DNA of 57,578 nucleotides, from assembly GCA_016872955.1 (NCBI GenBank), contig VGYP01000001.1, positions 1-57,578 of the forward strand, in the 5' to 3' direction. A program made the position numbers and the translations under genes. This DNA comes from Planctomycetota bacterium (GTDB lineage Bacteria; Planctomycetota; Planctomycetia; Pirellulales; UBA1268). The number at the start of each line of letters is the position of its first letter. Position 1 is the stretch's first letter. A model generated the notes under the pieces. It was not told the origin of the DNA. It ran no database searches and saw nothing but the letters and a program-made list of their open reading frames with translations. This document shows, piece by piece, positions 57,124 through 57,578 of this stretch.

Positions 57124-57578
57124 ATGCTCGCCCCAGCGACGGAAGACTTCGCCACGCGGCTCGCGGAGCCGGCGCGCTTTTACGACTATCGGTATGCCTC
57201 CAACCCTCTTGCTGACGGTGCGCTCCCGCCGGTGCCGGGCGTCCGATTTCAAGCCATGCTTCACGAGCAGGGGCCGACACGGACGATCCCGCTCGACGCC
57301 AGCGAGCGACTGCTCTGTCCCGGGCCGGCGACAGCGCCGGGCTTGTGTGCCAACTTCGTCCACGTCCGTCCGGGTGAGTCGCATTTTACTGCCGCCAACG
57401 CCACGAGCCACCTGTTCTTCGTGATGCGTGGTGAGGGGACGACGCGGCTGCCGGAGGGGAAGGAGTTCTCCTGGCAGGCTGGCGATCTGTTCACGCTGCC
57501 CGCCCGTAGTCGGGCCCTGCATTCGGCCGCCGCCGATGCGGCCCTCTACTGGGTGCACGACGAGCCGCTGCTACGATA
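57124..57578 (+). CDS. cupin-domain protein, gentisate 1,2-dioxygenase-like (N-terminal part; runs off the right edge)
   Basis: The frame is open from ATG 57124 to the window end: MLAPATEDFATRLAEPARFYDY...CANFVHVRPGESHFTAANATSHLFFVMRGEGTTRLPEGKEFSWQAGDLFTLPA. It is absent from the ORF track because no stop lies in the window. Confidence 0.6.
   Translation, partial: MLAPATEDFATRLAEPARFYDYRYASNPLADGALPPVPGVRFQAMLHEQGPTRTIPLDASERLLCPGPATAPGLCANFVHVRPGESHFTAANATSHLFFVMRGEGTTRLPEGKEFSWQAGDLFTLPARSRALHSAAADAALYWVHDEPLLR

Overview
This is a very GC-rich chromosomal segment, judged by eye rather than computed. Gene content and protein motifs look Planctomycetota-like: a YTV-type repeat protein, a secreted protein with an 'LESRRLLAV' N-terminus, FG-GAP fusions and many long antisense ORFs. 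That taxonomic placement is an inference.

**Housekeeping backbone.** Most of the window is intact housekeeping:
- tRNA-Gly, tig and a tandem clpP pair
- gap, sucCD and lutABC
- bioF, mobA and birA
- an rlmM-like methyltransferase and inositol-3-phosphate synthase
- two aminotransferases and a cysteine desulfurase
- the replication cluster dnaN, DUF721 and gyrB

**Accessory-looking regions.**
1. 5990-12586 is the most interesting locus. It carries a MacB/FtsX-type ABC transporter followed by Cys/His-motif envelope proteins: two DUF3299-like proteins, an uncharacterised protein whose signal peptide ends directly in C-P-F-C, and a His-rich frame-split ORF. A decayed two-component system sits inside it. 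I read this as a candidate metal- or redox-handling module. A second orphan paralog of the CPFC protein lies at 15568-16704.
2. 12587-14760 is a gene graveyard. It holds a DUF4239 remnant interrupted by an internally deleted IS701-like element (with inverted repeats and a candidate target duplication) and a urtA-like pseudogene.
3. 24007-26301 encodes a hotdog-fold protein, a small zinc-ribbon protein and a Cys-rich YTV-repeat protein.
4. About 35140-36091 is a heavily decayed baeRF3-like pseudogene.
5. 51608-51670 is a 20-codon poly-lysine ORF. It is followed by stacked hairpins and a strong terminator just upstream of the rlmM-like gene.
6. 54016-56930 encodes two tandem paralogous putative beta-barrel proteins and a membrane-anchored triple zinc-ribbon protein.

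I saw no CRISPR array and no rRNA. All family assignments come from motif recognition in the translations; no database search was run. Start codons are inferred.
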